Shown: piece by piece, positions 11,701-20,786 of the stretch
Position numbering within the stretch: the stretch's first letter is position 1
Layout: every line of letters starts with the position of its first letter
DNA from: Bacteroidota bacterium
GTDB lineage: Bacteria > Bacteroidota > Bacteroidia > Cytophagales > Cyclobacteriaceae
Direction: 5' to 3'
Assembly: GCA_018267135.1 (NCBI GenBank)
Contig: JAFDZA010000015.1
Coordinates: forward strand, 29,402 to 93,401
DNA length: 64,000 bases
Notes under the pieces: generated by a model
Seen by the model: only the letters and a program-made list of their open reading frames with translations
Told to the model about the DNA's origin: nothing
The model's database searches: none
Translations under genes and position numbers: made by a program

Positions 11701-12122
11701 CGTTGCGGGAAATTTTTCCGATTGATAAACTGGATCAGGCAAAACAACTTTCGGCCGGTTTTTTTGCGAATGCCATTTTATTGAATGACGGAAAAGGAAA
11801 ATTTACCTTGAAGGAACTGCCTGCACAAAATCAATTCAGCAGCCTGAAAACAGGCGTGCCTGTTTCGCTCAGCTCGGATGAAGCAGGTGTTATGCTTTTT
11901 GGAAACTTCTATCAAAACAACATTCAAATAGGCCGCCATGATGCCGACTTTGGTTCATTGCTTAGGCTGAATGCCAAAGGCGAATTAGATACCGAATTGC
12001 TGAACGGCCTGATTCTGAAAGGGCAGGTAAGGCACATAACCCCCATAACCATCCTAGGGAAACGCAGTTATGTATTAGCCATGAACAACGACAGCCTTCG
12101 GGTAATCAGGCAGATACATTAA
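8799..12122 (+). CDS. VCBS/FG-GAP repeat, ASPIC/UnbV (CRTAC1-like) lipoprotein 2
   Basis: Paralogue of the previous gene (shared YFYNGxGxxxGD, DWSW, SNGAxYxDLDNDGDLD, RGFQSS motifs); lipobox LFSC. Confidence 0.85.
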   Translation: MIKPTLLHIVWPGILLTVFLFSCEKKEEDILFKTLSSDRTGLTFENRLKPTPEFNMFKYMYFYNGAGIGAGDFNNDGLIDLFFSANQGENKLYLNEGDLRFKDVTAQAGFVNDGGWYSGVSVVDINADGLLDIYVCRVSGIETLAGENELWINRGNKNGIPFFENQASQYGLNYSGYCTQAAFFDYDLDGDLDLFLLNHAIDQNGTFAPRHKFAGTYAEKAGDRMYRNEGTHFTDVTKDSKINSSAISFGLGVVVTDINLDGWPDIYVANDFHENDYLYINQKNGTFADESSEAFMHTSMYSMGVDAGDFNNDGLTDVVTMDMLPSDPYMIRRSLAEDDYDIYYYKIKTGYSYQYTRNNLQLNRGHGVFSEMGTYAGIYATDWSWSTLWIDFDNDGWKDLFVSNGIPKRMNDIDYVNYISNRAIQEKLRANKIEQKDMALINKFPEIKLANRFFLNTHNYRFADISDRIQNNVPSFSNGAIYADLDNDGDLDVVVNNVDDHAMLYENGTNSKKTKSHYLDIRLIGERGNVWALGAKIFVFSGNETQVVENYPVRGFQSSMQIPMHFGLGQGKVDSITLVWPDNTFQKINPIVSDTVITIRKTASPNFNYNLVNGKRNRSPHQFADITRQLNIQVKHEENFFPEFTREPLIPKMISTEGPALAVADINHDGREDIFLGSSKTSVPVILLQQTSGEFKLLPQPEFENDLMNEEVDACWADVNNDGHLDLVVANGGNEFFGKNNHLSPVIYLNDGKGALKKKTDAFDAIFVNASAVCPYDFDGDGDLDLFLAGRSVPWEYGASPSSFLLQNDGSGKFTDVTKSVAPDLAQAGMITGAAWCDLDQDGLKELITCEDWGGINLYSYHNGKFIQTKLTERKGWWNFVLPVDIDKDGDLDIIAGNQGLNSKLQATEKQPVRLYYNDFDGNGKKEQIVTYYVQGEEIPFMGKGDLQKLIPTLKKKFLYAEDYAKAPLREIFPIDKLDQAKQLSAGFFANAILLNDGKGKFTLKELPAQNQFSSLKTGVPVSLSSDEAGVMLFGNFYQNNIQIGRHDADFGSLLRLNAKGELDTELLNGLILKGQVRHITPITILGKRSYVLAMNNDSLRVIRQIH

Positions 12123-12128
12123 AAAAAA

Positions 12129-13082
12129 TTATAAAATCGGAAAATAAATTTCCGTGATCCACTGGTTGGAGTCGGTCTGTTCGAGTCGGTTCGTCATCAG
12201 CGTTTCAAATGGAATGGCAACCGTTACTTTATGATGATCGAAGATATAGTTTTGCATTTGTTGTTTGGCCTGAGCTATTGAGGTAGGTCCGCCTTTCACT
12301 TTCGCCCTGAGAATATGCCCGCCTTTTAGCATCCATTTCGATTTTACTCCATCTTCTTCGGGAAGTTGCACATCGGTAGGAAGGGCAACTTGCACATAGT
12401 ATTCTTGGGCTGAAAGAGGGGTAACATTCAGCATAGGGTATCCCTTTTCATTGGCTTTATTTTCTCGAATGTATTTTTTTACCCTGTCAATCATAGCATA
12501 TTGTTCGGCCGCAGTGGGAGCGTGCCTAAAATTTTGGGTAAAGGTGGCATAGTATTGAAACTGAACGGTGGTTTCCTCGATGGCAATGCCGTACAGATTT
12601 TGGATAGATGAAAAATAGGTTGACTGACTGCGGAGGATTGTCTGAAAAGCTTTTTTTAAAGTGGACGATACCCATAGCATTTTAACTCGTTGAATCGGAT
12701 TATGATCTAATTGAATGGTAGAACGCAACGTTAGTATAACACGATCGGCACTATCCTGAACAACCGTAAGGGTTGCCGGGGTAGAAAAAGAATCAGCGGA
12801 AACCTGAAGCTCTACTGTATTTAATAAATTTTTTTTTATATAAAACCGGAATCCTTCGAAATGAAGCACCATTTCCCTTTCTAATCGTTCTACTTTTCCC
12901 GGCCACCAGTTAAACCAAACACTGTCGGGCAGCAATTGCCGGTTTAGTGCACTGATGTTAGAATTAAACCTTACTTGTTCGTGCACATCCGACTGTAAGG
13001 GCAGGGCACACGCTAAAACCACCACCAGAAGGAGTACAAGCCCCACCAATAACCCTGTCTTTTTTAAACGAAATGTCATCAT
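12129..13082 (-). CDS. Membrane-anchored protein with C-terminal GyrI-like small-molecule-binding domain
   Basis: 317 aa, N-terminal hydrophobic helix; C-terminal segment ending IPFETLMTNRLEQTDSNQWITEIYFPIL resembles GyrI-like/effector-binding domains. Confidence 0.6.
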   Translation of the reverse strand: MMTFRLKKTGLLVGLVLLLVVVLACALPLQSDVHEQVRFNSNISALNRQLLPDSVWFNWWPGKVERLEREMVLHFEGFRFYIKKNLLNTVELQVSADSFSTPATLTVVQDSADRVILTLRSTIQLDHNPIQRVKMLWVSSTLKKAFQTILRSQSTYFSSIQNLYGIAIEETTVQFQYYATFTQNFRHAPTAAEQYAMIDRVKKYIRENKANEKGYPMLNVTPLSAQEYYVQVALPTDVQLPEEDGVKSKWMLKGGHILRAKVKGGPTSIAQAKQQMQNYIFDHHKVTVAIPFETLMTNRLEQTDSNQWITEIYFPIL

Positions 13083-13262
13083 CTTTTTAGCTCATTGTGA
13101 AACAACGGAAAAATAATATGGAAATCAGTGAAAACCATAATAAATAATACCGGCCTCTACCAGGAGCTCCCTCAACGTTAATTTTTCTCCGGTTGTATCA
13201 GCTTGTATGGTCGAAACCATTCATTTTTCTAACGCCTACTTTTTTGCCTATAAATAGCTTCC

Positions 13263-13274
13263 TCAAGCGTTTGC
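13263..13274. promoter_or_regulatory. Putative LacI-family operator upstream of the GH65 operon
   Basis: TCAAGCGTTTGC matches the same nCAAnCGnTTGC pattern seen upstream of susC. Confidence 0.4.
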
Positions 13275-13409
13275 GGGAGCGTTGTAGGCTGTTTTTTTAT
13301 AGACTTACGATTTATAAAAACAGGTGAGGGAACAAATAAAAACTTTGTTTTTTTTGATGCGGAATGGAGAAATATTCTGCATTAACACATAATTTTAACA
13401 GTCAATACT

Positions 13410-15449
13410 ATGTCAGTAAAACACACCGGATTAGTACTTGTATTCATCCTAATTATAGGGGGAACAATTCATGCCCAACCGGATGATGCCTGGCATATTT
13501 CGGCCAATAAAATAGATACTAAAAATTACTATGGTGTAACAGTAGCCAACGGAATGATTGGGTTGGTGTCGTCTTCCGAGCCCATGAAAGTGAAAGACGT
13601 AGTACTGAACGGAGCATACGACTACTACCAGCGCGGGCGAGTATCTAATATTCTGAAAATATTCAATCATGTAAACATGAATCTGGAAGTGGATGGGCAA
13701 CGCATCAGCCGCTCGTCCATTTCTAATTATGCCCAATCGTTAGACATGAAGCAGGCATCCTTAACCACTACGTTTGAGGTAGCCGATAAAATAACCGTTA
13801 CCCATACGCTCATAGCGTTGCGCCATCTTCCCTATACCGCTTTAACGTTGGTCGAGATCAAAGCCAGAAAAAATGTAATGATCACCCCAATGAGCGTAAT
13901 TGAAGCGCCCGACCACCTGGCAGAGGTTCGTAATTTTTACAGTGAAATAGACCGGCCTCATGTGCTCATTCCACTGCTGACATCAGTAGCTAAAAGCCCT
14001 TCGGGGAAACTGACGGTGGCCGTAAGCAACAGTATTATTTTTGAGGAGCCGCACGGACAAGAACCTCGCCTGATTCACGAAGATTGGGATTACAATATGC
14101 ACCTGATGAAATTTTCCCGGCCATTGAAAGCCGGAGAAACCTATCGGTTTGCCGTAGTTTCTTCGGCAACCTCGTCAGCTCAGTATAACGACCCAATGAA
14201 TGAGGCCGAGCGGCTTACCATTTTTGCCAAATTAGAAGGAACACAACGTCTGCTTCAGCGACATGTGGAGGCGTGGAATGAATTATGGAAAAGCGATTTG
14301 GTAATAGAAGGCGATGAGCAGGTTCAACGCGATGTGCGCTTAGCATTGTATCATTTGTATTCCTTTGCCCGGGCGGGCACCGCACTCAGTTTATCGCCCA
14401 TGGGGCTCTCCGGCCTGGGCTACAACGGCCATGTGTTTTGGGATACTGAACTGTGGATGTACCCACCCTTGTTGGTATTGCACCCCGAAATAGCCAAATC
14501 ATTTTTAGAGTACCGGTTTCAGCGATTAGAGGCAGCCCGTAAAAACGCGTTCTCTCATGGCTACAAAGGAGCCATGTTTCCATGGGAATCTTCTGCCGAA
14601 GGAAGTGAAGATACCCCCGTGTGGGCACTGACGGGGCCCTTTCAGCAACACATTACCGCCTGTGTGGGGTGGGCATTCTGGAAATATTATCAGGTAACGA
14701 AAGATAAAGTTTGGTTGCAGGAGCGAGGCTACCCGGTGCTGAAAGAGGTAGCCGATTTTTGGGCGAGCCGGGTGGAGCGGAACGGCCCCGGAAAATTTGA
14801 AATTAATAATGTGATTGGCGCCAATGAGTGGCAAGAAAATATTGACAACAATGCTTTTACCAATGGTATTGTAAAACTGGTGCTGAAATATGCATCGCAG
14901 GCAGCCCGCGAACTGGGAATGACACCGGATTCTGATTGGGAAACCGTAGCGCAGAACATCCCGATTCTGAAATTCCCCGATGGCACCACGAAAGAAAATG
15001 CCACCTACGATGGCGTCATGATTAAACAAGCAGATGTAAATTTGCTGGCCTACCCGTTAGATGTAACTACCAACCAAGACCAGATAGAAAAAGATTTGAA
15101 ATACTACGAAGGACGCATGTCGCCTGCAGGCCCGGCTATGGGTTACTCGGCTTTATCAACGTTGTATTCCAAACTGGGAAACCCGGAGAAGGCCTATGAG
15201 TTGTTTAATAAAAGTTATAAACTAAACCAGGTTCCGCCCTTTGGGGTGTTGGCCGAAACCCCCGGAGGAACAAACCCCTATTTTGCTACCGGGGCGGGCG
15301 GTTTTTTACAAGCCGTAATTTTCGGCTTTGGCGGATTACAACTTACCGATCAGGGAATTGTTCAAACAAAAAGTAAGCTGCCAAAAAATTGGAAAAGTTT
15401 AACGATGAAAGGAATGGGGCCGGCCCGCACAGATTACCGAGTTAAATAG
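13410..15449 (+). CDS. GH65 glycoside hydrolase, hydrolase-type (alpha-1,2-glucosidase/kojibiose hydrolase-like)
   Basis: Signal peptide; GHVFWDTELW, GANEW (catalytic acid region) and IKQADV motifs; carries GPAM where phosphorylases have the phosphate-binding HESSLS motif. Confidence 0.8.
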   Translation: MSVKHTGLVLVFILIIGGTIHAQPDDAWHISANKIDTKNYYGVTVANGMIGLVSSSEPMKVKDVVLNGAYDYYQRGRVSNILKIFNHVNMNLEVDGQRISRSSISNYAQSLDMKQASLTTTFEVADKITVTHTLIALRHLPYTALTLVEIKARKNVMITPMSVIEAPDHLAEVRNFYSEIDRPHVLIPLLTSVAKSPSGKLTVAVSNSIIFEEPHGQEPRLIHEDWDYNMHLMKFSRPLKAGETYRFAVVSSATSSAQYNDPMNEAERLTIFAKLEGTQRLLQRHVEAWNELWKSDLVIEGDEQVQRDVRLALYHLYSFARAGTALSLSPMGLSGLGYNGHVFWDTELWMYPPLLVLHPEIAKSFLEYRFQRLEAARKNAFSHGYKGAMFPWESSAEGSEDTPVWALTGPFQQHITACVGWAFWKYYQVTKDKVWLQERGYPVLKEVADFWASRVERNGPGKFEINNVIGANEWQENIDNNAFTNGIVKLVLKYASQAARELGMTPDSDWETVAQNIPILKFPDGTTKENATYDGVMIKQADVNLLAYPLDVTTNQDQIEKDLKYYEGRMSPAGPAMGYSALSTLYSKLGNPEKAYELFNKSYKLNQVPPFGVLAETPGGTNPYFATGAGGFLQAVIFGFGGLQLTDQGIVQTKSKLPKNWKSLTMKGMGPARTDYRVK

Positions 15450-15460
15450 CAATATGTAAT

Positions 15461-16792
15461 ATGAAAATGAACCGACTATTAATTTTTTTGATTGGCGTAC
15501 TGTTGATGGCTTCTTGTAAGAAAGATTCCGGTCAGTACAAAGCACAGGTGCAAGACCCTGAATTTTTTCATCGTTCGATGAAGGAAGTTACAGACCGTAT
15601 CGTGCACGATATTTTTTCTCCGCCTGTAGCCAGCCGTATATATGCCTATGCTTCAGTGGCCGGATATGAAGCAATTATCCATCAAGATAAAAAATTCAAC
15701 AGCCTGGCCGGGCAGTTGAATGGACTGAAAAAATTTCCTCAGCCCGACACAACGCAGGAATACTGTTACCCGCTGGCGGCTACCGAAGCCATGCTGAAGG
15801 TAGGCAGGGCATTGGTGTTTTCGGAAGAAGAACTCGACAAGTTCTACCAGCACCAGATGGAGTTATTTAAAAAGACAGGCATTCCGGATGAAGTCTTCAC
15901 CCGCTCCGTTGCCTTTGGCGACAGCGTGGCTAAACATGTGCTGGCCTGGGCCAACCAGGACAACTATAAGCAATCGCGCACCTTCCCCAAATACACCATC
16001 GAAAAAAACCCGGCTACCTGGCAGCCCACCCCCCCGGCCTACATGGATGCCGTAGAACCACATTGGAATAAAATTCGAACCTTCGTAACTGATTCGGCCT
16101 CTCAATATAAACCGGTACCGCCTCCGCCTTTTTCGAAAGACAAGAACAGCGAATTTTATAAGATGGCCGACTATGTGTATCAAACGGGTGTACACTTAAC
16201 CGAAGAGCAGCGAGCCATTGCCAGCTTCTGGGATTGCAATCCGTTCGTGATGAACGTAAAAGGGCATGTGATGTTCGCCACCAAAAAAATTTCGCCCGGA
16301 GGCCATTGGATGAACATCACCCGCGTAGCCTGCACCAACATCAAATATAATATGGTGCAATTGGCCGAAGCCTATGTGCGCGTTTCATTGGCAGTGGCCG
16401 ATGCGTTTATCAGTTGCTGGGATGAAAAATACCGCTCCAAATTAGTGCGCCCCGAAACGTATATTCATGACAATATAGATCCGGAGTGGACACCGTTATT
16501 GCAAACTCCGCCTTTCCCCGAATACACCAGTGGCCATAGTATTATTTCGGCCGCTGCCCAAGAACAACTTACCAAGCTGCTGGGCGATAACTATGCGTTT
16601 ACCGATTCTACCGAAGTAGAGTATGGCATGCCTCCGCGCAGTTTTAAATCGTTTAGGTTAGCTTCAGAAGAAGCGGCCATCAGCCGGGTGTATGGGGGCA
16701 TACATTATATGCCGGCTTGCGAAGTAGGCAAACAGCAGGGGATAGAGCTGGGAAAATTTGTTTGGGAACGGATAAAAACAAGAAAAGAATAA
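15461..16792 (+). CDS. Vanadium-dependent haloperoxidase / PAP2 superfamily lipoprotein
   Basis: Vanadate/phosphate-binding motifs all present: WDEKY...RPETY, PPFPEYTSGHS, SRVYGGIHY; lipobox MASC. Confidence 0.85.
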   Translation: MKMNRLLIFLIGVLLMASCKKDSGQYKAQVQDPEFFHRSMKEVTDRIVHDIFSPPVASRIYAYASVAGYEAIIHQDKKFNSLAGQLNGLKKFPQPDTTQEYCYPLAATEAMLKVGRALVFSEEELDKFYQHQMELFKKTGIPDEVFTRSVAFGDSVAKHVLAWANQDNYKQSRTFPKYTIEKNPATWQPTPPAYMDAVEPHWNKIRTFVTDSASQYKPVPPPPFSKDKNSEFYKMADYVYQTGVHLTEEQRAIASFWDCNPFVMNVKGHVMFATKKISPGGHWMNITRVACTNIKYNMVQLAEAYVRVSLAVADAFISCWDEKYRSKLVRPETYIHDNIDPEWTPLLQTPPFPEYTSGHSIISAAAQEQLTKLLGDNYAFTDSTEVEYGMPPRSFKSFRLASEEAAISRVYGGIHYMPACEVGKQQGIELGKFVWERIKTRKE

Positions 16793-16805
16793 CCAACTCT
16801 GATCT

Positions 16806-17777
16806 GTGAAACGAATTGCCATAGCAGGTCCCATTCCGCGAGATCATATTACTACCTATCAAGGTGAGTTGATCCAAAAATGGGGATGTGTTACCCACCC
16901 GGTCATAGCGTTATCTGTTATGGCAGGTGCCAAAATGGAAATCATTCCCGTTTCGCATTTGCGCCAAACTGATCTGGATCCCGTAAAAGAAATATTTAAA
17001 GGATACAAAGGGGTGAATCTAAACCACCTGACGGTAAAAAACGATCAGGGCGATATTATCAGTTTACGTTTTGTAGATGTAAACAACCGACTGGAAAGAC
17101 AAACCGGATTTATGGATCCGATCGTGCCGGATGATTTTAAAAAATTAGTGTCGTGCCAGGTATTTGTGTTCATTCCCATCAGCGATTATGAAATCGCTCT
17201 TGATACGCTGAAATATCTGAAGAAAAAAAGCAAAGGAATTATTGTGTTTGATGCCCACGGCCCCACCACGGCTTGCCTGGTATCGGGCGAGCGACAACGT
17301 AAGTTTTGGATTGACCGCGATTTGTGGTTGCCCTATATTGATGTATTAAAAATGAATTTAGAAGAAGCCCAGTCTTCGTGGTTTAAAAAAGAATATCAGG
17401 CTTCTGATTTTTCTATTTCTGAAGAACCCGATCGTGCTTCGTTACGTGCTTTTGCCGACCATTGCCTCAACCACGGAGTGAAAGCCGTCTATATTACGGT
17501 AGACTCGCGGGGCTGTCTGGTATATTTCAGGCAGCGAAAAAAAACCACAGAAGAAATGGTGCCGGCTATAAAAGTGAAACAAGTAATAGATACCACCGGC
17601 TGCGGAGATTCGTTTGCCGGTGGCCTCGGCTTTAGCTTGCTACAAAAACCAACCGATTACATCCGTGCCGCACAATATGGAAATGCGTTGGGTGCTTTAC
17701 GAACACAGGGGAAAACATTCGATGTGTTTAAGCCGGAAAAAGAAATTAATGAGATAGTTAAAAAAGGATATATCTGA
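16806..17777 (+). CDS. PfkB/ribokinase family carbohydrate kinase
   Basis: C-terminal signature DTTGCGDSFAGG; KMNLEEA; GTG start. Confidence 0.85.
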   Translation: MKRIAIAGPIPRDHITTYQGELIQKWGCVTHPVIALSVMAGAKMEIIPVSHLRQTDLDPVKEIFKGYKGVNLNHLTVKNDQGDIISLRFVDVNNRLERQTGFMDPIVPDDFKKLVSCQVFVFIPISDYEIALDTLKYLKKKSKGIIVFDAHGPTTACLVSGERQRKFWIDRDLWLPYIDVLKMNLEEAQSSWFKKEYQASDFSISEEPDRASLRAFADHCLNHGVKAVYITVDSRGCLVYFRQRKKTTEEMVPAIKVKQVIDTTGCGDSFAGGLGFSLLQKPTDYIRAAQYGNALGALRTQGKTFDVFKPEKEINEIVKKGYI

Positions 17778-17827
17778 GCCCCTTGTTGATGGGCTATTTT
17801 TTTAAAACAATTTCAGTTCCTGTGAAA

Positions 17828-18475
17828 ATGATTCAAGCCGTAATTTTTGATTTAGATGGTGTGTTGGTAGATACAGCCCGTTATCATTTTATGGCATGGC
17901 AACGGTTGGCCCATGAGTTGGGCATTGAGTTTACCGAGAAGGAAAACGAGCAACTAAAAGGCGTAAGCCGCATGCGCTCGCTGGAAATTATTCTGGAGAT
18001 GGGAAACCTTCAGTTGAGTTTTGATGAAATGAACAAACTGGCCGACAAAAAAAATAAATGGTTCGTGCAATACATTAGCCGCATACAGGCTACCGAAATA
18101 TTTCCCGGAATAAAGGAATTAATGGGTGCCATCCGCCAAAGCGGATTAAAGATAGCACTGGCTTCCAGCAGTAAAAATGCCGACACGGTAATAACCTTAC
18201 TTGGTATTAAAGATTTTTTTGATGTTATGATAGACGGCACTATGATTACCCACACCAAACCCGATCCGGAAATATTTCTTTTGGCCGCTCAAAAATTAGG
18301 CGTTCACCCATCGCATTGCCTGGTTTATGAAGATGCCGAAGCCGGTGTAGAGGCCGCTCACGCAGCCGGAATGAAATGTGTAGGCATCGGGCTGCCCGAG
18401 CAACTGCGCACAGCCGATTACCGGGTAACCCAGGCTCCTGAATTTTCCATCGAAAAAATTAAAAGCGTTCTTTAA
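17828..18475 (+). CDS. pgmB: Beta-phosphoglucomutase
   Basis: HAD motif I FDLDGVLVDT, LKGVSRM, ASSSKNA, KPDPEIF; adjacent to a GH65 phosphorylase. Start moved to ATG 17828. Confidence 0.92.
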   Translation: MIQAVIFDLDGVLVDTARYHFMAWQRLAHELGIEFTEKENEQLKGVSRMRSLEIILEMGNLQLSFDEMNKLADKKNKWFVQYISRIQATEIFPGIKELMGAIRQSGLKIALASSSKNADTVITLLGIKDFFDVMIDGTMITHTKPDPEIFLLAAQKLGVHPSHCLVYEDAEAGVEAAHAAGMKCVGIGLPEQLRTADYRVTQAPEFSIEKIKSVL

Positions 18476-18490
18476 ACATCTACTATTAAA

Positions 18491-20773
18491 ATGAAACAGT
18501 ACCTGAAGCACCATGAGTGGCAAATAATAGAAGAAGGATTTGATCCACACCTCCACCGGGTCTCCGAAAGCATTTTTAGTTTAGGCAACGGAAGAATGGG
18601 GCAGCGGGCCAATTTTGAAGAAACCTACTCGGGCGATACCCACCAGGGAACGTATGTGGCCGGAATTTACTACCCCGACAAAACCCGTGTGGGCTGGTGG
18701 AAAAACGGATACCCTGAATATTTTGCCAAAGTGCTGAACGCCCCATCGTGGATAGGCATCGGTTTTAATTTTGAAGGCCAGGAACTGGATCTGGCTCACG
18801 CATCGGTAGAAAAATTTGTACGTGTGCTCGACATGAAACAAGGATTGCTGACACGTTCGTTTGAGGCCACCTTACCCGATGGAAAAAAAATAGCAGTGCA
18901 GGCGCAGCGGTTTTGCAGCATGGCCGATGGCGAAGTAGGAGCTATTCGTTATGCTCTTACGCCCATCAATTTTTCGGGCACAGTTAAAATCAAACTATCA
19001 ATTGATGCAGACGTGGCCAACAAAGATTCTAACTACGATGAAAAATTTTGGGACCGGGTGTATGAAGAATCGCAGATGGGCTGGGCGGTGGTAAATGCCC
19101 AAACCAAAAAGACACAATTTCAGGTTTGCACCGGCATGGAATATAAAATAGAGATAGATGGCCAGCGGGTGGGCGGTAAAGTATTTACCCACAACAAAGA
19201 AAAATATGCCGATAACATAGTAGAAATCACCTTAGTTCAGGGAAAAGAGTTAGTGGTTTATAAATACGCAGCCGTGTTGTCGTCCGAAAATCATCCAAAA
19301 GAAAAATTAGTAAAACATTGTTTGGCTAAAGTAGATGAAGCGAGCAAAAAAGGATTTGCCACCCTGCTGCAAGACCATGTAGCCAAGTGGAATCGTACCT
19401 GGCAAGACTGCGATATTACGATAGAAGGAGATGTGGCCGCCCAGCAGGGTATCCGGTTTAATATTTTTCAGTTGATGCAAACCTATACCGGAGAAGACGA
19501 GCGCCTCAACATCGGGCCGAAAGGATTTACCGGAGAAAAATATGGCGGCTCTACTTATTGGGATACCGAAGCCTATTGCCTCCCATTTTATTTAGGCACA
19601 ACCAACCCTGCCGTGGCGCGTAACTTATTAATCTACCGGTATAAGCATTTGCCCAAAGCGATTGAGAATGCCAAAAAACTGGGCTTTAAAAATGGCGCTG
19701 CTTTTTATCCGTTTGTAACAATGAACGGAGAAGAGTGCCACAATGAATGGGAGATTACTTTTGAAGAAATTCATCGCACCAGTGCCATGGCGTATGCTAT
19801 GCGCGACTATATAGATTATACGGGCGATAAAAATTATTGGATTGACTACGGACTGGAAGTACTGATTGGCATTTCACGATTTTGGTCGCAGCGGGTAAAC
19901 TGGTCGGGCGATAAAAACCGGTATGTTATTTTGGGAGTAACCGGCCCTAATGAATACGAAAACAATGTTAATAACAACTGGTACACCAATTACCTCTGCG
20001 CCTGGACGCTGCGGTTTACCATGGAAGCCATAGACTATGTAAAAAAGAATGCCTCCGACAAACTGGTTTCTCTCTTTTCGAAAATTACTTTTAACGAAGC
20101 TACTGAAGTAGCCCGATGGAAAGACATTGCCGAAAAGATGTATTACCCCGAAGATAAAACACGGGGTGTATTTCTGCAGCAAGATGGATTTTTAGATAAA
20201 GAATTAATACCAACAAAGGATTTGCCTGCCGAGGATCGCCCGCTCAATCAAAAGTGGTCGTGGGATCGAATCCTCCGTTCTTGTTTTATTAAGCAAGCCG
20301 ATGTATTACAGTGTATGTATTTGTTTGAAGATGATTTTACACAAGATCAGATCAAGCGCAATTTCGATTTCTACGAACCCATGACAGTACATGAGTCTTC
20401 CCTGTCGCCCTGCGTACACGTTATTCTCGCCTCAAAACTCGGCTATGAAGACAAAGCCTATGAAATGTACCTGCGCACGTCTCGTCTCGATTTGGATGAT
20501 TATAACAACGACACGGAAGATGGGTGCCACATTACCAGTATGGCGGGCACGTGGATGAGCGTAGTAAAAGGTTTTGGTGGGATGCGGGTACGCCAAGGTC
20601 AATTGCATTTTAATCCGTTCATCCCCGGCCAATGGAAATCGTATTCATTCCGGATCGAATTCAGAGGCCGAGTACTGAAAGTGAAAGTATCGCAAGCCCA
20701 AACGGAAGTGTTGCTGGAGTCGGGCGAGCCATTGGAAATAATCGTAAACAATAAGCCCGCAAAAATTAGTTAG
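18491..20773 (+). CDS. GH65 disaccharide phosphorylase (maltose phosphorylase-like)
   Basis: KGFTGEKYGGSTYWDTE, GPNEY, IKQADV and phosphate-binding HESSLS motifs; no signal peptide; next to pgmB. Confidence 0.9.
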   Translation: MKQYLKHHEWQIIEEGFDPHLHRVSESIFSLGNGRMGQRANFEETYSGDTHQGTYVAGIYYPDKTRVGWWKNGYPEYFAKVLNAPSWIGIGFNFEGQELDLAHASVEKFVRVLDMKQGLLTRSFEATLPDGKKIAVQAQRFCSMADGEVGAIRYALTPINFSGTVKIKLSIDADVANKDSNYDEKFWDRVYEESQMGWAVVNAQTKKTQFQVCTGMEYKIEIDGQRVGGKVFTHNKEKYADNIVEITLVQGKELVVYKYAAVLSSENHPKEKLVKHCLAKVDEASKKGFATLLQDHVAKWNRTWQDCDITIEGDVAAQQGIRFNIFQLMQTYTGEDERLNIGPKGFTGEKYGGSTYWDTEAYCLPFYLGTTNPAVARNLLIYRYKHLPKAIENAKKLGFKNGAAFYPFVTMNGEECHNEWEITFEEIHRTSAMAYAMRDYIDYTGDKNYWIDYGLEVLIGISRFWSQRVNWSGDKNRYVILGVTGPNEYENNVNNNWYTNYLCAWTLRFTMEAIDYVKKNASDKLVSLFSKITFNEATEVARWKDIAEKMYYPEDKTRGVFLQQDGFLDKELIPTKDLPAEDRPLNQKWSWDRILRSCFIKQADVLQCMYLFEDDFTQDQIKRNFDFYEPMTVHESSLSPCVHVILASKLGYEDKAYEMYLRTSRLDLDDYNNDTEDGCHITSMAGTWMSVVKGFGGMRVRQGQLHFNPFIPGQWKSYSFRIEFRGRVLKVKVSQAQTEVLLESGEPLEIIVNNKPAKIS

Positions 20774-20786
20774 CTATTTAAAATCC

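Noticed and set aside
5478-12122. DxDxDG repeats as a DNA repeat array or CRISPR
   Set aside because: Repeats are degenerate at DNA level, in frame and irregularly spaced; they are protein FG-GAP/VCBS motifs.
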